The position numbers and the translations under genes were made by a program. Positions 37,162-50,500 of a stretch of DNA of 64,000 nucleotides are shown here, piece after piece. Each line of letters opens with the position of its first letter. The stretch's first letter is position 1. This DNA comes from Rhizodiscina lignyota (taxonomy: Eukaryota), in contig ML978127.1 of the NCBI GenBank assembly GCA_010015805.1, positions 1,178,001 through 1,242,000 on the forward strand. Direction: 5' to 3'. The notes beneath the pieces were generated by a model. It saw only the letters and a program-made list of their open reading frames with translations. It was not told the origin of the DNA and did not search any database.

Positions 37162-38186
37162 TGCGGGCGATGCCGAGGGTCTATTTAGGTTTCCAGCGCG
37201 CTGATGCAGGACAGCTTCTGAAATCACTGGCAGCTCCCGCTCTGGTTGGAGGGGTTGGTTACGTCAACATGAAGCATGGGCCTGCCGAGCTGCGGCGCGA
37301 GCATTTCCGCCGACCGGACTTCGGTGCTTCGTCGACCTATCGCATAGGGGGCGGCACCGGCACAGACGTCCCTGATAGGCCTCTTCGAGCACACCACAAA
37401 TCTCCTCGATGAGCTGCGGAATCGCAGACTGATCAGGCAGTACCCTATTAGGACTCATGCGTCCATGTCTCCTCCAACTCTGCTTCGAACACGAGCCCCG
37501 AGAATGGCTTATATCTCGCATGGAGACAGGCGACGAAACCGGGCATTGCTCGTGCAGCTCAACGATATGGCTTGCTGCAAACAGCATCGGAGGAGAGTTT
37601 CGGGGCTTGATATGGCATGAAAATAACATGTATCACCTCTCGTAAGCGGCCTTACCGCTTGAAACAAGAATGCGGATGCCAAACCATTTTTCAATTGACT
37701 GTATCAATTGGAGTGACCGTCGAAGCCTCCGAGGCACGAACAGTCTTCGTTCCGCGGAACTAGCCTCACTACCATCTGCTGCTTGCCATGGGAACGAAAG
37801 AGCCATGGCGAAGAATATTCACGAATTGAGACGTGTAGGACCGGCGAGCGCTTCGAAATCATCATCGGCCAAATGAGTGAAAATTCATGCAGGTGACAAA
37901 ATAGCTGCACCCGATTAATTGAGAAGCTGTAGTAAGAATAAGTTTTACTGTTCAATACGAGCGAGAGTGGCCTTGAAAGCTCGATTCAATATATCTCGGA
38001 GCGCATTTATCGGAATCACGCGGCTTCAATAAACATAGTCTCTATTAATTAACGACGATGTATCTTACTTCCTCGCAGTTTGACACATTGCAGCCACGAC
38101 TCAACTATTCTGTCACCCACTTGAAATGTAAGCTTTCTGGGCGTTCGTGTGAGATTTTAACCAATCCCTGCAGTCCTCAACTATAA

Positions 38187-40851
38187 CTACAGCGATCCAT
38201 CGAGAACAGCACTTTTAGCTCCACGATAGAATATCGGGATAGTATCGAGCGGCGCAGACGCGTTGACCTTGTGGCCTCCAGAGAACGTCTCATTCGACCA
38301 CCAACTCTTCCACTGCGTATTCCTATCGGGGAGATACACCTGCACCGATCTCGCACCCTTCTCGGTCACTGGAGCGATCAGCATGTTCGGCCCAAACATG
38401 AATTGCAGCTTCAGGTCTTCAGCATGCGTGAGCGTGTACGGGTCCTGAACTGCAAAGTCATAGAACAAGGGCCGGTTTATGGGAGCACCGGTGGCGGCCT
38501 GCTGAGTGACAAGCGCGTCCAGGTAGTCGCCAAGCGTATAACGAAGCTGGATATACTTCGTTATGATCTTCTCGTTCGCAGGGCCGTACGACCATGGCTC
38601 GTTGGGACAGTAGTTGTAGCCATCCAGGTCCTCAGGCGCACAGCTTCGGGATCCGTGGTTTCGCATCAAAGGCGAAAACCTGTCACACAGAACCATTAAC
38701 GTTGAGATCAGAAACACCCCCGCGGGGGGCGAACTCACGTTCCGAATTCAATCCATCGTACGAAGAGCTCTTGATATGTTGGGTCCGAGATGTTGCTCCA
38801 GTAGGTACCGCCCTGACTGTAAAAGCCTCCGATATCGGTATTCCACCAAGCAACTCCTGAGAGCTAATACGATCCAGCTGTCAGCAGCAGTCCGTCTTAG
38901 GATGCTTGATCTACCTCACCTGTGCATTCATTCCGCCGATGATCTGGATTGGGAACTCATCCCAGCTTCCCTGAACATCACCATTCCAGGTAGCGCTGCC
39001 GAAACGTTGTGAGCCCAGCCAGGCGCTCCGAGATAACGAGATGCCAGGGGACTTGTTTTTATCGGAATAGGCATTGGGAACCTCTTCCTTGATGCCGTCC
39101 TCAATCATCTGCTGCTCGAAAAAAGGGAACATGGCTCCAACCTCCGCCTGCGATCCGAGCGAGTACATGGAATTCGGGCGAGCGTACGGCATCCTTTGCA
39201 ACGCCTGTATACCGCCTTTGAAGGAATAGCCTTCCCCCTCGCCGTTTCCCTCGCTTGAATCGAGCCACATATTCTGAATTCCCAAGTTGTAGTAGTTTTT
39301 CTTCAACAGCGCCCACACCGCGCTTCGGCAGTCGGCATTGGTGGCATCGATTTCCTGCATCCACTCACCTTGGTAGTAATCAATCGGCCCGGTGCCCTCA
39401 CTTGATCCCGAGAGGTATCCGTTCATCGAGAAGTTTATCCAGTTCGGCGACTCGGGTTGCACGAGAGGCCACACTGATGTCATAAGACCTGCACCAGTAG
39501 CGCTGCGGACGAAAGATGACATGGCCTTCGGATCAGGCCATGCGGTTTCGTTCAGCTTCCAGTCGCCAAGGTGGTCCCAGGAGCCGAAGTCTATTTTCGG
39601 GGTCAGTGTACGTCTGGTCATGAGCTAGTTTCCGGCGAGCGAACGAGGCCTGCAACGGCGTCACTTTTCTGCGACACCAAGAAGAAAATCTTCCAAGGCA
39701 AGCTGTACAAGCCACGCCCTGATAATCTCGAATGCAACTTCATCGATGCGGAGAAGCTTGATAGAAAGGTTGGGGGTAATTTCGCCAACGTTACTCTGCG
39801 CACTATTCGCTCCCTGGAAACTAGCTCCTTCGTACAGTCAAATGGACGCAGACTCACCTATCACAAACATGGAGACCGGGATTTTGCGCTGTTTGAACTC
39901 ATTCGCAACACGCTCGATTTCGCTCTGATTCGAATACCTCAGCTTAGACTGCAGATATCCTTGAGCTTCCTTGGGCATATGCGGCGATCGGCCAGTAATA
40001 GCGGTATATGACTCCATGATGGCACCGAAGTCCCCGGGCTGTGCTGCCGTGACCACTACTCAGTAGTCAGAGACGTAACTCTGCAGGTTCGGAGCAGTCA
40101 AGACTTGCCGTAGTCAACCACCGGTGTGCTCTCCGCCGTCCAACGAACGGATTCCTTGCGTACAGAGACAGTGCCCATGGAGGGCACATTCCAAATAAAG
40201 CCGTAAGTCTTCGACGAAGTATAGAACGGGATGGTGAGCTGCGATTGGAAATGCCGCATATCGTACTCCCTCGAAACAGTCAGCATCTTCCATCTCTCCT
40301 GGCAATTCAACGTGTACTCACTCGCCCTTGTTGTTCAGCAGTCCGTTCTGGTGCTGGCCAAGCCCGAAGATCTGCTCGTTCGGATCGAGAGCAAACGCAA
40401 AACGAGCTCCTGCTCTCGAGGTGGTGCCGGCGGTCGAGAATTCCCAGACTCTTGCATTGTAGCCGTGCGTCGGCCATAGCTCTTGCAGTAGCAGTTCTCT
40501 ACTGCCATTGCCGGTGCTCCTCCAGAATGACAGCGTGCTGCCGGTCACATTGACTGAGAGGATACCGTTTGTTACGATGGCGCTGTCGTTGAACGAAATT
40601 GTGCTCGCGTACTTCGTTCCGAGAGCATCGCTCTGGCCAACTGGTGGATCTAGGATAGCTCCAAGCTCATTGCCGGTTGGGTCCTTCCTCAATATCGAGC
40701 GGATTCGGAATGCATTCGGTCCCCAAGGCTGGATGAGCACGCGCTCGATGCCATTGAGCAAGCGAATAGGTTGTGTGGTGTTCAATTGCTCACACGAGAC
40801 AAAGTGAAGCACACTCAAACAGAAGAAAACGAGATAATTGAGACAAATCAT
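38187..40851 (-). CDS. Secreted glycoside hydrolase family 31 (alpha-xylosidase/alpha-glucosidase-like); exons 40851-40322, 40269-40109, 40055-39858, 39590-38920, 38863-38739, 38679-38187
   Basis: Signal peptide; FGLGQH; GYLQSKLRY; FVIDFGSWDHLGDW; nucleophile WLDSSE; WNGD; acid/base WWNTDIGGF; FSPLMRNHG; QFMFGPNMLIAPV. The six exons splice in frame. Confidence 0.9.
39622..39827. repeat. Inverted repeat (19 of 22 bp paired, 12 bp perfect) bracketing the interior of GH31 intron 3
   Basis: GAGCTAGTTTCC-ggc-GAGCGAA (39622-39643) pairs with TTCGCTC-cct-GGAAACTAGCTC (39806-39827). An outer TGTACG (39607) pairs with CGTACA (39831). Confidence 0.75.
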
Positions 40852-43241
40852 TTTGAAAATGTTCCAAGATGTACCAATCGCGCGAATTGTCCAATCCTCT
40901 GCCTACCTGCTTTGCCGCGACGCGCCACCAACGCCATCTCGCCCTTCAAGTAGCTTTATACAGCTGCCAGAATAGTGAACGAAATACGAATGAATCATGA
41001 TTTTCAGGCACAGAAAGGTACCTGTCCAATTGATGATATAGCCAACCACACGTGCGAGTCGAGTTATCTTTTAGTGACCTTTTCAAGGCCCTTGTACCCT
41101 CGCTCATACTTCCGCAAGGCATAGATCCCCGATGCTGCGGAGACCGCGTGGAGACTAGTCTTGACGTCTTTTAGGAATCTGCTGTCCCGCTTGACATGTG
41201 CGAACAGATAAGTACTTGTCATATCTTCGTGAAATAGGTCCTGTCGAGGAGCGCCGTGGGATGAAGAGTGCCCACAGCGTCAGCATTAGACGCGCGAGAG
41301 AGGGCGATACCTTGACGTCCGGGTGATCTTCACACGGAGCGGAACATAATCTCTGCACACATGCGAAGGCTGCTCTTTGACTTGGATATTTAAACTTTGC
41401 CGTGACTTTGTACATTGTACACTCCGTTTTGAACATGGGCTTTGCGTAACACGTATGAATTTTCGCAAGTCCGCCCAGAACCTATGAATGGACTCCGGCC
41501 GCAATTAGATGTTACTTTCGAACACATGGCAAGTCCCAAAGTTTATTCTGTGCGTACGACATGATCTGCAAGACCAGGCACTCCTCTTGAATCTGATGAC
41601 AACGGCGCGAACGACTTCTCAAGTAAGGAAGTGCTTACGGCGCTACCGAAGAAAGAAGTTCGGCGGAAGATCGTGTGAAAGTGTTTGTAAATAGCTGATG
41701 TCGTCATAGCCGCATCGCCCCGCAAGTATGGAGGCCTTGTCTTGCTGCAATTAAGCCTGTGAGAGTGGAAGCTTGTCCGAAGTAATGTGAGGGCCGACGC
41801 CGCCGACATAGGACACATAGGGGCCGGTATGCATACCAACGTGGGGTGTATACATTAAGCTTATATCTCTGTGTGACATATCAATTCGACGTCGTCAACC
41901 TCATGAATCTCCGCGCTCCGACTGTCGCGTAATGGCTCTCCGACGCGCGACTTGCAAGACATTGATGAGGGCAGCTTATGAGAGGGGTCACATTTGCTGG
42001 CCTCGCTTCGACGGGAGAATAGCTGTACATGACAGTTGCGTCTCGTCTCAACCTAGGTAAGGTGAGCGTGAGGGCCCGTCGCACCGATGCCGAAGCCCTA
42101 AGGGCTTGCAAGGATGGTGGATGGCCCCAAGCCAGCTGCACCTCCCCTCACAGACCAACGGTGCCCGTCGGGTTTTGATCATGAGCTTCCGGTAATTTAA
42201 GTGAAGCGGTGACAAAGCAGTCCCCAGCGCGTGGCGCTAATCCCTGCGCTAGCCCTACGAAGGAGTGGCTGGCAACGGAAGCGAGCATTCTGCATGCACC
42301 GCCGATCCCGCGCCGAGGTTGACGCGGAATGTTTTCGTAATTTACAGGAGCGGCGCCGCTAGCCCTGTGAGGGAATAGATGGAGGCTCCACCAGGCTGCC
42401 TGGCCAGAGCCAGGAAGAGGTTTGATGAGATGTGGAGGATGTTGCTTGACCGTCGTCGGAGATTTTCGTCGTCAAGGGCGTTGAATCTCGAATCTTGCGC
42501 CGGGAGCCCGGAAAGATGTGCTTTCGATGCGGCTTGAGATAGATTGCGAAAGAGCGTGGCGAGCCTCATCCGCCTCCCGCCCGCCCTCCCCAGCGAACAC
42601 TTTGCCGCCTCACAGATTGCGGCTCGCGCCTCTTCAAATAACATGATTTCGCAGAGATTGCGTGACAAAAGAGCCGACGTTTCAAAGTCGCATTATATCA
42701 TTTCTGTGCGTCAAGGGCGTTTTGTAGTATACAGTGCTCGAGTCCAGTTGGTATCATCCCTCCGGTCTTTCCGTAGCCAATTTGCCACGCGATCAACAAA
42801 CAAAATCCCAGTGAGCATCAGTATATGAGACGACGTGCAAAAAGGAGAATATACATGAGCCAAAACGGCAGGCCGCTTTCTCGTCGTCATTCAGAGCATT
42901 AAATCGCCTCAACGCCGCTTTTGGGTAGAATGGAAATGCTGGGTATGCCAAGGGTGGTGGTATAGAACGGGTCGAAAATGAAAAGCGGAGCTTGCAGCCC
43001 ATTGTTATCTTCGTGTGAAGCGCCGGGATCGTCTCAAACCTGCTGAAAGACCGTCTCTGTGTTGTGTAGCAACGATCTCCGCAGAGATAGCGCATCGATA
43101 GAAGGAAAAGAGTGCAATGCGGTGGGGCGCTCTGTTGATTTGAAAATTCCATGCGTGTACGTGCCGATATAGTACAGCCTCGTTTCCTTTTCTTTTCTGT
43201 CCGGGGGACGTTGGATCGCGTGACATTCGTTCAATTGCTTC

Positions 43242-44548
43242 TCACATCATGCCTCCGCCGCCGCCACCGGCATGACAGCCGCGCTCGTGCCGCTTCATGT
43301 TGCTGCGCACGCTAAATGCTTTGCCACACCCAGCATGTGGGCACTTGAATGGCTTCTCGCCCGTATGCGAATGGATGTGGATCCGTAGACTGCTTGGCCG
43401 GCTAAACGCCTTGTTGCACGTCGTGCAGATGTAGCGATCTTGACTCTGGGGGAATGCACTAGCTGAGGAAGGAGAGATGTAATGATGATGCTGATGCGTA
43501 TGTGGAGGTTGAGCGTAGAGTTGAGCATGTTGAGCGTGGTGCGCAGAGTTTGTTGACGCAGGTGCGGAAGATGGACCAACAGCCGACGTCAGCGGTATTT
43601 GCACAGGTGGTGGCGGTGGCGGAAAATTTGATGGTAAAGGCCGTTGCTCGTAAAGTCCCGCATTTGGGTAGACGCTTGTGTCTGGCGAATAGTACCCTCG
43701 TGATGAACCAGCGCCGGGAGAAGAGCCATACGGTGAGTTAGTATACGAGCTGGTCCCCGTTGGAGGACCATAGGGACTCGCGGTGCTTTGAGATGGAAGG
43801 GAATGTCGCTTCATCATCGGTGGTCCTGCGCTGGTAACATTTCCGGTTGTGCCGAATGGCGGCGCAGTCTGGCGCTGCGTGTGTGGGTCTACATTGTTGA
43901 GAGTCTGGCCTAGATAGTACGGCTGTTGATTTGAGAAAGATGAATGAGAAGATATCGTCGATGGAGAGTGGACGCCATCAACAGAGTCGGGGCGCATGGG
44001 AGGAGTCGGGGGAAGGGTCATGCGTGCAGCATTTGGCACGGGTTGCGCATAAGGCTGATATGACGGGTCGGGACGCTCCTCAGCTGTTGAAGAGTGCGGA
44101 ATTGTTGTTTGCTGTTGCGCCGGATACTCCTGCTGATGCTGCGGGGAGCTCTGCTGCTTTGGGCTCCCTGGCAAGGTGTCAGATTCGGAGCTGAGCTTGC
44201 AGGGGATGTGACGCTGAGCTTACCTGTGTCTGAAGTCATTCGCTCAGAGCCTGCAATGTGCAGCAAGCTTGATATTGACGGCAATGAGGGCTTCCCGATC
44301 TCGTCGCCGGGCGGCGAAGGTGGCGATTGCGGAACGCGCTGGTGGTACGCGTAGTCGGCAGAATGTTGTTGAGGGTGTTGTTGAAAGTAAGGAGTGGCGT
44401 TCGGAGAATAAGTGTTGCTGTAGGGGACGGGCTGTTGTTGCGCCCGCGGGTGCGACTGAGGGTAGTAGAAGTTCTGCTGCGAAAAATGCTGGCTCGCCTC
44501 ACGACGCTCGTTCCTTCCTGTTCCGTGTACCATGCTCGCAAGCTGCAT
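43242..44548 (-). CDS. mtfA: C2H2 transcription factor MtfA (exons 44548-44224, 44167-43242)
   Basis: QDRYICTTCNKAFSRPSSLRIHIHSHTGEKPFKCPHAGCGKAFSVRSNMKRHERGCH, plus PPSPP..SLPSISSLL, LPPTPPMRP and HHHYI, as I recall for Aspergillus MtfA orthologues. Intron GTAAGC..CTGAC..CAG. Confidence 0.85.
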
Positions 44549-47500
44549 CGCTCATGGGAAAGTCTCGTTGTTGGGAAAAATAATCGCGGAAATATTAAAA
44601 CTCTCGACGCTCCCGCAAGGCACTCGAATGCTCACGAAGGAGGATGAATTAGGTCGCAGAGTGACGATGCGCAAAAGAGGAGAGAGGGGTGTGCCAAAAC
44701 GGCATGCGCCAGCTACACACGATGCCAGACGTGAAGAGGGCGCCGGCGAGTGGAATTCTGTGTCAGATTGCACGCCGGCCGAGTATATGTGGTGCCGTGA
44801 AGCGACAAGCAGCCGGCCGCGTGGTTCAGGACAGCGGAGCCCCGGGCTGAGCGCTGGGTAAATGTACTTGTCTCAGAGGCAAAGGATGTGGTCTCTGGAC
44901 AAACATACACAGGTCCCGCTTATTCACAACGGTGATGCAGACGGGGGTGAGAGCCAGCCGTTTCGAGATACCCTGTTCGTTCCTGGGAGCAGCCACCGGG
45001 ACAGGGATGGGCGTGAGAGCAGGAGATCCCTGCCTGTCAGTCCAGAGGCACCGGCAATAACGCTGCAAGCGTGATGGGAGGGAATGGAGCGCGCCCCCAG
45101 AAGAGCGACAAGGGCAGCTCCAGCGAAGATGTGCTGTCGATCGGCCGGGGCCCTGGGTTGCTCGACTCGAACGGGGAATGACACTGCCCAGCGCGGCGGG
45201 TAAATTCCTCGGCTACGATCTCGGAGGGCCTTCCAATCTTCGTCAAACTGGACCTGTTGAGTGTTGACGCGGAATGCTTCGAACTCGAATCAACGGCCGA
45301 TCTGGAATCGCTCTCGCAGGGAGATGAGATGGCGAGTAGATTAGTTCTTCCGGCAACGCGGTAACCGGAGCGTGAAAGGTGTCAAAGGCACGCCCAGCGC
45401 AAATGAAGGGGTGCTCTGCGTTGGGAGGCAAAGTTAAAAGGCGTGACTATATGCGTTTCGAGGCGAGAGAAGACTTCGACAGAACGTATGTCGGACCGTT
45501 CAGCGTTCATACAACGCGCTCGACATAAGATATTGGCGTAGGCGTATGCAGATGTCCGGGGCGGAACGTGGCTCGAGGTCGCACACAGCGTTATAGGTTG
45601 TGAGACGAATCGAGACGAAATGGCAGTGCGCGAGGGCACGGCGCTCAGTAGTTCTTATTATGAGAGAGGCAGACAGAAGACCCTTGGAGGCGCTTGTCAG
45701 ACATCGCTGGGAGAAAATGTCACGCTTGACGCGTTATCGTCCCGGACACACCACACACTTGCGAAATGCAGATGGCGCATGCTGCTTTAGACTAGGACGG
45801 CACGCAAGATGTTCATTGGCAGGGTTATAGGGTATAGGAAGTCTAGGAGCTCTGCGTCTGTTTGAAGCTGTCAAGCGCGGCACGCTCCTTCGACTCAGGA
45901 ATGGCGGACATGGTCGGGGAGACGTCTGGAAGCAGAATGGAAGGCTGTGGGAGGTGGGAACGGTGCGCACGCCAGAGGGAACAGCACCGTTCGACTCCAC
46001 AAGTGACAATCTGCCTCCGGGCCGTTTTGGGCGTCGAAAGCTCCGAAGCGGCGCGCCACCATGATCTGCACGCGTGGTGGTGAGCAGGGGCCGACCAGTC
46101 GCACCACGAGGACGCCCTTCAGCCCTCAGCCGCTGAGCAAACTGCCATTTGGCACAATTGCATCTCGTCAATTAGATGTCGCCCTTCACCACACCCTCCG
46201 TCAGTCATGGCAGCGCGCGAAATTGCGTTCGCATCCGGTCAGTCGACGGTCAGCGAGCTGCCTCGCCAGCCCTGGCGACCAGCCCCTTTCGCCATGGCGA
46301 ATGGATGACGGGCAAAGGGGGAGCGAGCAGCATGGCGGATGGAGATCAGGGCCGCGGCAGCCGTGCTCCCCGGCGCAAGACATCTGAATGAGTGAAGCAG
46401 ACATGGAATGCCACGAGCTTTCCTCAAAATTGCCCCACCGCATGCGGAGGAAAAAGGTCGTAGCGTCCGTCATGGATGGCCAAGCGAGTGCGGCAAGCCA
46501 AGGGGAGTTGCGCGGCAAGCTCCTCCAGCGCAACGTTGCAGGGAGAGGCAAGCGCGGGTCAAGGAAAAATAAAAGAAACGGTCATCCACTGACTTCGTCC
46601 AGCCTACCACGCCGGTAGCTTGTAACGGTCGCTTGCGAGCTTCAGACAGCGTGGCTCTCTGCCCGCTAGAGGGAGAGCGTCCACTCGGTCGGGCCTTCGA
46701 TACGCCCTTCCAGGAGGATTGGGTGAGTGAGAATGATGCGTGTCTCCTCGATGAGTGGCCGGAAATATTGCATCTCAATCAATAGAATGAAAGTGGACAG
46801 TGCAAGCTGGCGGCACGTTGGACAAGTCACAGCAGCAGACGCAGGAGATTCGAGCAGAGCGAACGAAAAGGCTGGCAGGGATGGCGCTCTGGTCATGATC
46901 GACGGCCGGGTCGATCGTGAAGATTCGCATGGCACGTCGAACCCAGAACCATGTTCTTCGCAGGCACCACATTTTCGCTCGGGCCAGCGTGGTGCACTGA
47001 GATATGCCAGATGGCGGCCAGTAGCACGACGTCGCGCCTCGCTTTTGTGGGATGCCGCCGTGCTGTGGACTGTAGAGGCCGATCTATTTTATTACTGCGG
47101 AATTCTTCAGCGAATTACGGCTGAAGGGCGATGGAATTGTGGATACGCGGGCGCGCCTTTGCATCAGCTCTGAGCGCGCGTGAGCAAATATGCCGGGGCC
47201 AGAAAAAAGCGCATTTGGGGAAGAATAAGAGCGGCGAATAAATCATGCATCGACGGTGGTACTTTGCAGTGATCTTCAGGTGCTCGTCTCAGCATCGGGT
47301 CTGCGAGTTCCATTATGCGCTGTTTGACATGCCATGACAGCTGTGCTATTGCGCACTGACGGGACGCAACAGTCGCCGCTGCCGCTCCACGACTCAGTCG
47401 AGTGCACGATGGAGTGGAGCTCGAACAGTCCCGACCCCAAGAAGGATTTTCCTGCACTGTCACTCCCGCATGTTAGCTCGTTGTTCGTTCCGTGCCGTTT

Positions 47501-50500
47501 TGCGTGCAGTTCGCATCCTCCGCTCATCGAAAGCCCCCAAGCGCGCTGGACGGTGAGACGTAGCCCTCTGCTAGTTCCGCGCTGCTGCTCCATTCGTGAA
47601 GGGAACCACTCGTCATCTGATCAGTCAGTCCGTAGGGCCAGCGTTTGCATGCATCCTGATCGCCATGGATTGGGCGCTGAAGCAGCAACCGAAGATGCGG
47701 CTACGGCAAAGGCTTCTGCAGGTTTGCTTTCGCCATCAGCGCCAACGGGCCTCACGACTCAGTCTCAATGGTCCCAACGTGCTGGCTCCAATCTCGGCCA
47801 GGCAGTGATTTTCTGTAAGCGACCACACCGGCGGGATGCTGGAAATCCCCGGCGGTAGGCCATCCGCATTTCTAAACGGCCCGTCTTGGTGTGTCGGTGA
47901 TGAGGTCGGTGTCACCACCTTATGATAATTGACATGAGCTGCGCTGCCGCGAGATTAGCCTCCATATACCACTCCCACCGGCCGTCTCAGCGGCGGCAAA
48001 GTGCTCACCTTCAGCTCCCAGGATGCCCGCGGATGACCTCTCACAAGCGCAAGCGACACGGCGGCCCAGCAATGGCATTGCATGATCTTCGCTGGGTCCA
48101 ACCATGGCAGATCCTTGCACCCATTGGTGGAGGTCGTCGATCTCTGGCAGCGCATCGTCCCAGCAGAAGCTTTCGACAAGTGACTTTTCTTTTCCCCGGC
48201 CCGTTGTGCGCTCTTCACGCCGACTCCATATAAACTTTAGACTTTTGGCCCGAAGGAATCTCTCCGGAGTCTCCGCATGCACCTCTGAATTACGCCCGCT
48301 GCGCGCCTAGCGCTCGACTTGGGCCATGGCGATGGGAAACGTCGGCACTTCAAAAGCAACGAAGGAAGCTGTCTCGTGCTGTCTCGATTCTGCAGTGCTG
48401 CCGCCGCCTGGACTCTGCTAATCATCTAGACGCCGGCCTCCATGCTCGAAATGGCTGGTGTGCGGCCTCGGTTAATCCGACGACGGACCTCGTAGGGAGA
48501 GTCTGCGACGACACGCCCAGCGTGCTCTATACAGGGCTGGCACGCGCTCCATTGGCCCCTTCAGATGCATGCCTCCAGCCCGCAAGCATCCTCTGCAGCG
48601 CCTGTCCATGCCTTTCCACGCGAGACGCTCGTGTTCGGGATTGACTCCCATCATCAACACCGTTGCGACCGTTCAGGCATGTATCGCCAGTGCTTGGTCA
48701 TATTCCGTCAGACTTAGGGATGTGCGCTGCATCGACAATGCAGACTCGTGGATGGCACGTTTTTCAGGCATGACTACACCTTTCTTTTCCAAGATCGGAT
48801 CCCCTGTCGTCTAATCCTCCGAATGATAGACCGCGTCCATACCAGGAGCCCTGCCCATGCCCGGTCATTTGTGGAAGTCGCATTGCGTGTCAGCAATTCT
48901 CTCTGTTCAGCGACAATCCCACCTCACCCGCCATCTGGATGCCCTGTTTGATCAGCGATCCCGCATTCGCGATCACCAGAACGGACAGCATGGCCTGCAC
49001 TTCGTTTCCGTTTCTTGCAAATGACGACCAGAAACTGTCATTGCCCTCTGTGACAGGCTTGACGCCCATTTGATGTGCGCATCCATACATGCCGCTGGGC
49101 CGAATGCGGATGACTGCCAAATTCCAATGCGACGGACCTCACACACAAGCAGAGATTGGCGGGCACATCATCGACTCGCGATAATGGCCGACGTTTCGCT
49201 GGAAACCCAAGCCCTACCAGCATAGTCAGATGTAGAGCGATGCAAGCCAAACGTTTACGCCGAAACAAGAACTTTTGGCGCTATTGCTCCGACTTGCTGA
49301 GGGTAGCATTGACCATGAAGCAAGCAGCCACCGCAAGGATGCCGTCACGCGCTAAGGAGTATGTCCCTTTTAGTCCTATATGTCCTCTCTATTAAGTTGT
49401 GCATCAACCATCTCGCTGTCTTGCAACCGTCGCAAAAATAATAATACGCCTAATAATGTCAACCGTCCAGAGTTCGTATTATGTGGCTCTCTGCCGTTGA
49501 GTTGGGAATGCGAGCTCTGACCCCATCATGGTGATGGCGGTAGACTTTAAGGGGCTACCAAGCCACGGCGCAAAGAACGACGATAGTAGAGAACCTGCTT
49601 TTTCTGCAGGTAGTTGTAGGCTTTCGGCTCTCTCTTTCCCCGTTAACCCAGCTATCGCAGCTCCCAATTCATTGTGCAGTGGTCCCCAAGGATGTCTAGG
49701 ATGATGGATCCAAGCAGTCGCACCACGACATCGCTACATGTTTCCCGTCCTCCCAAATGTCACGATATTGATCGCTGCTTGGAATAGATTCCTGTCAAAT
49801 TTATTCCACTGCCATGTAAAGCACTTGGCACAAAATCAAACTCTCACGCGTTGTGCTCCGTCACGAAAGTGTTTAGAAACTTCCCAGATGAAGTACATCT
49901 ACCACAATGCAATCGGCACACGGGGCACATTCACAGAACGCCGCAGCGTTGTCCCCTGCCGCAAGCGGCGGAGCGGCCAGCGCGGCTTTCCAAATGTGGG
50001 AGTTGGTCATTGCTCGACGCGATGCTTTTGGACATCCTGTTGGCCATCCACCAGTACGTCCCCCTGCACTGCTCACAGAATCTGGAACTTACTCAGCGGG
50101 AAGAGTCAATCCGTGATGGGAATGAGCATCGCCGGGAATCGTTCGCGACCCCTAACTACACTGGCGAGCAGTCTCGGCGCGGGACTCTGTGCTTGGGCGT
50201 CCACAAGGCAGGAAAGTTGGTTGCTATCATGGCTCATCGTTCTCTAGCGAACCTATTACGACCTGCAGACAAAGACACCCTCGGCCTTCATCCCTACTAG
50301 CTGTATACCTACGCTTTGGAAGGCGACCCACCGAGAGAGGCAGCTCATGGGCCCCGGCTATACTTGTCCACTGAAAGTCACCCGATCAGCTTCGAAGCGA
50401 GCGCAAATTTTACGAACCCAGCACAGATCATTCAGCTCTGAATCTGATTTCCGCAGTCTCTAGTTAGTGACAGAGAGGGTCGAGTTGATCACTGGATTGA

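Noticed and set aside
39738..39749. GCATCGATGAAG on the minus strand, matching a conserved 5.8S rRNA 12-mer
   Set aside because: The similarity does not extend on either side and there is no rDNA context; probably chance.
39591..39857. TPP riboswitch as an explanation for the structured intron
   Set aside because: The conserved CUGAGA and UGAU..AAU..AGCG core is not present, and the host gene is unrelated to thiamine.
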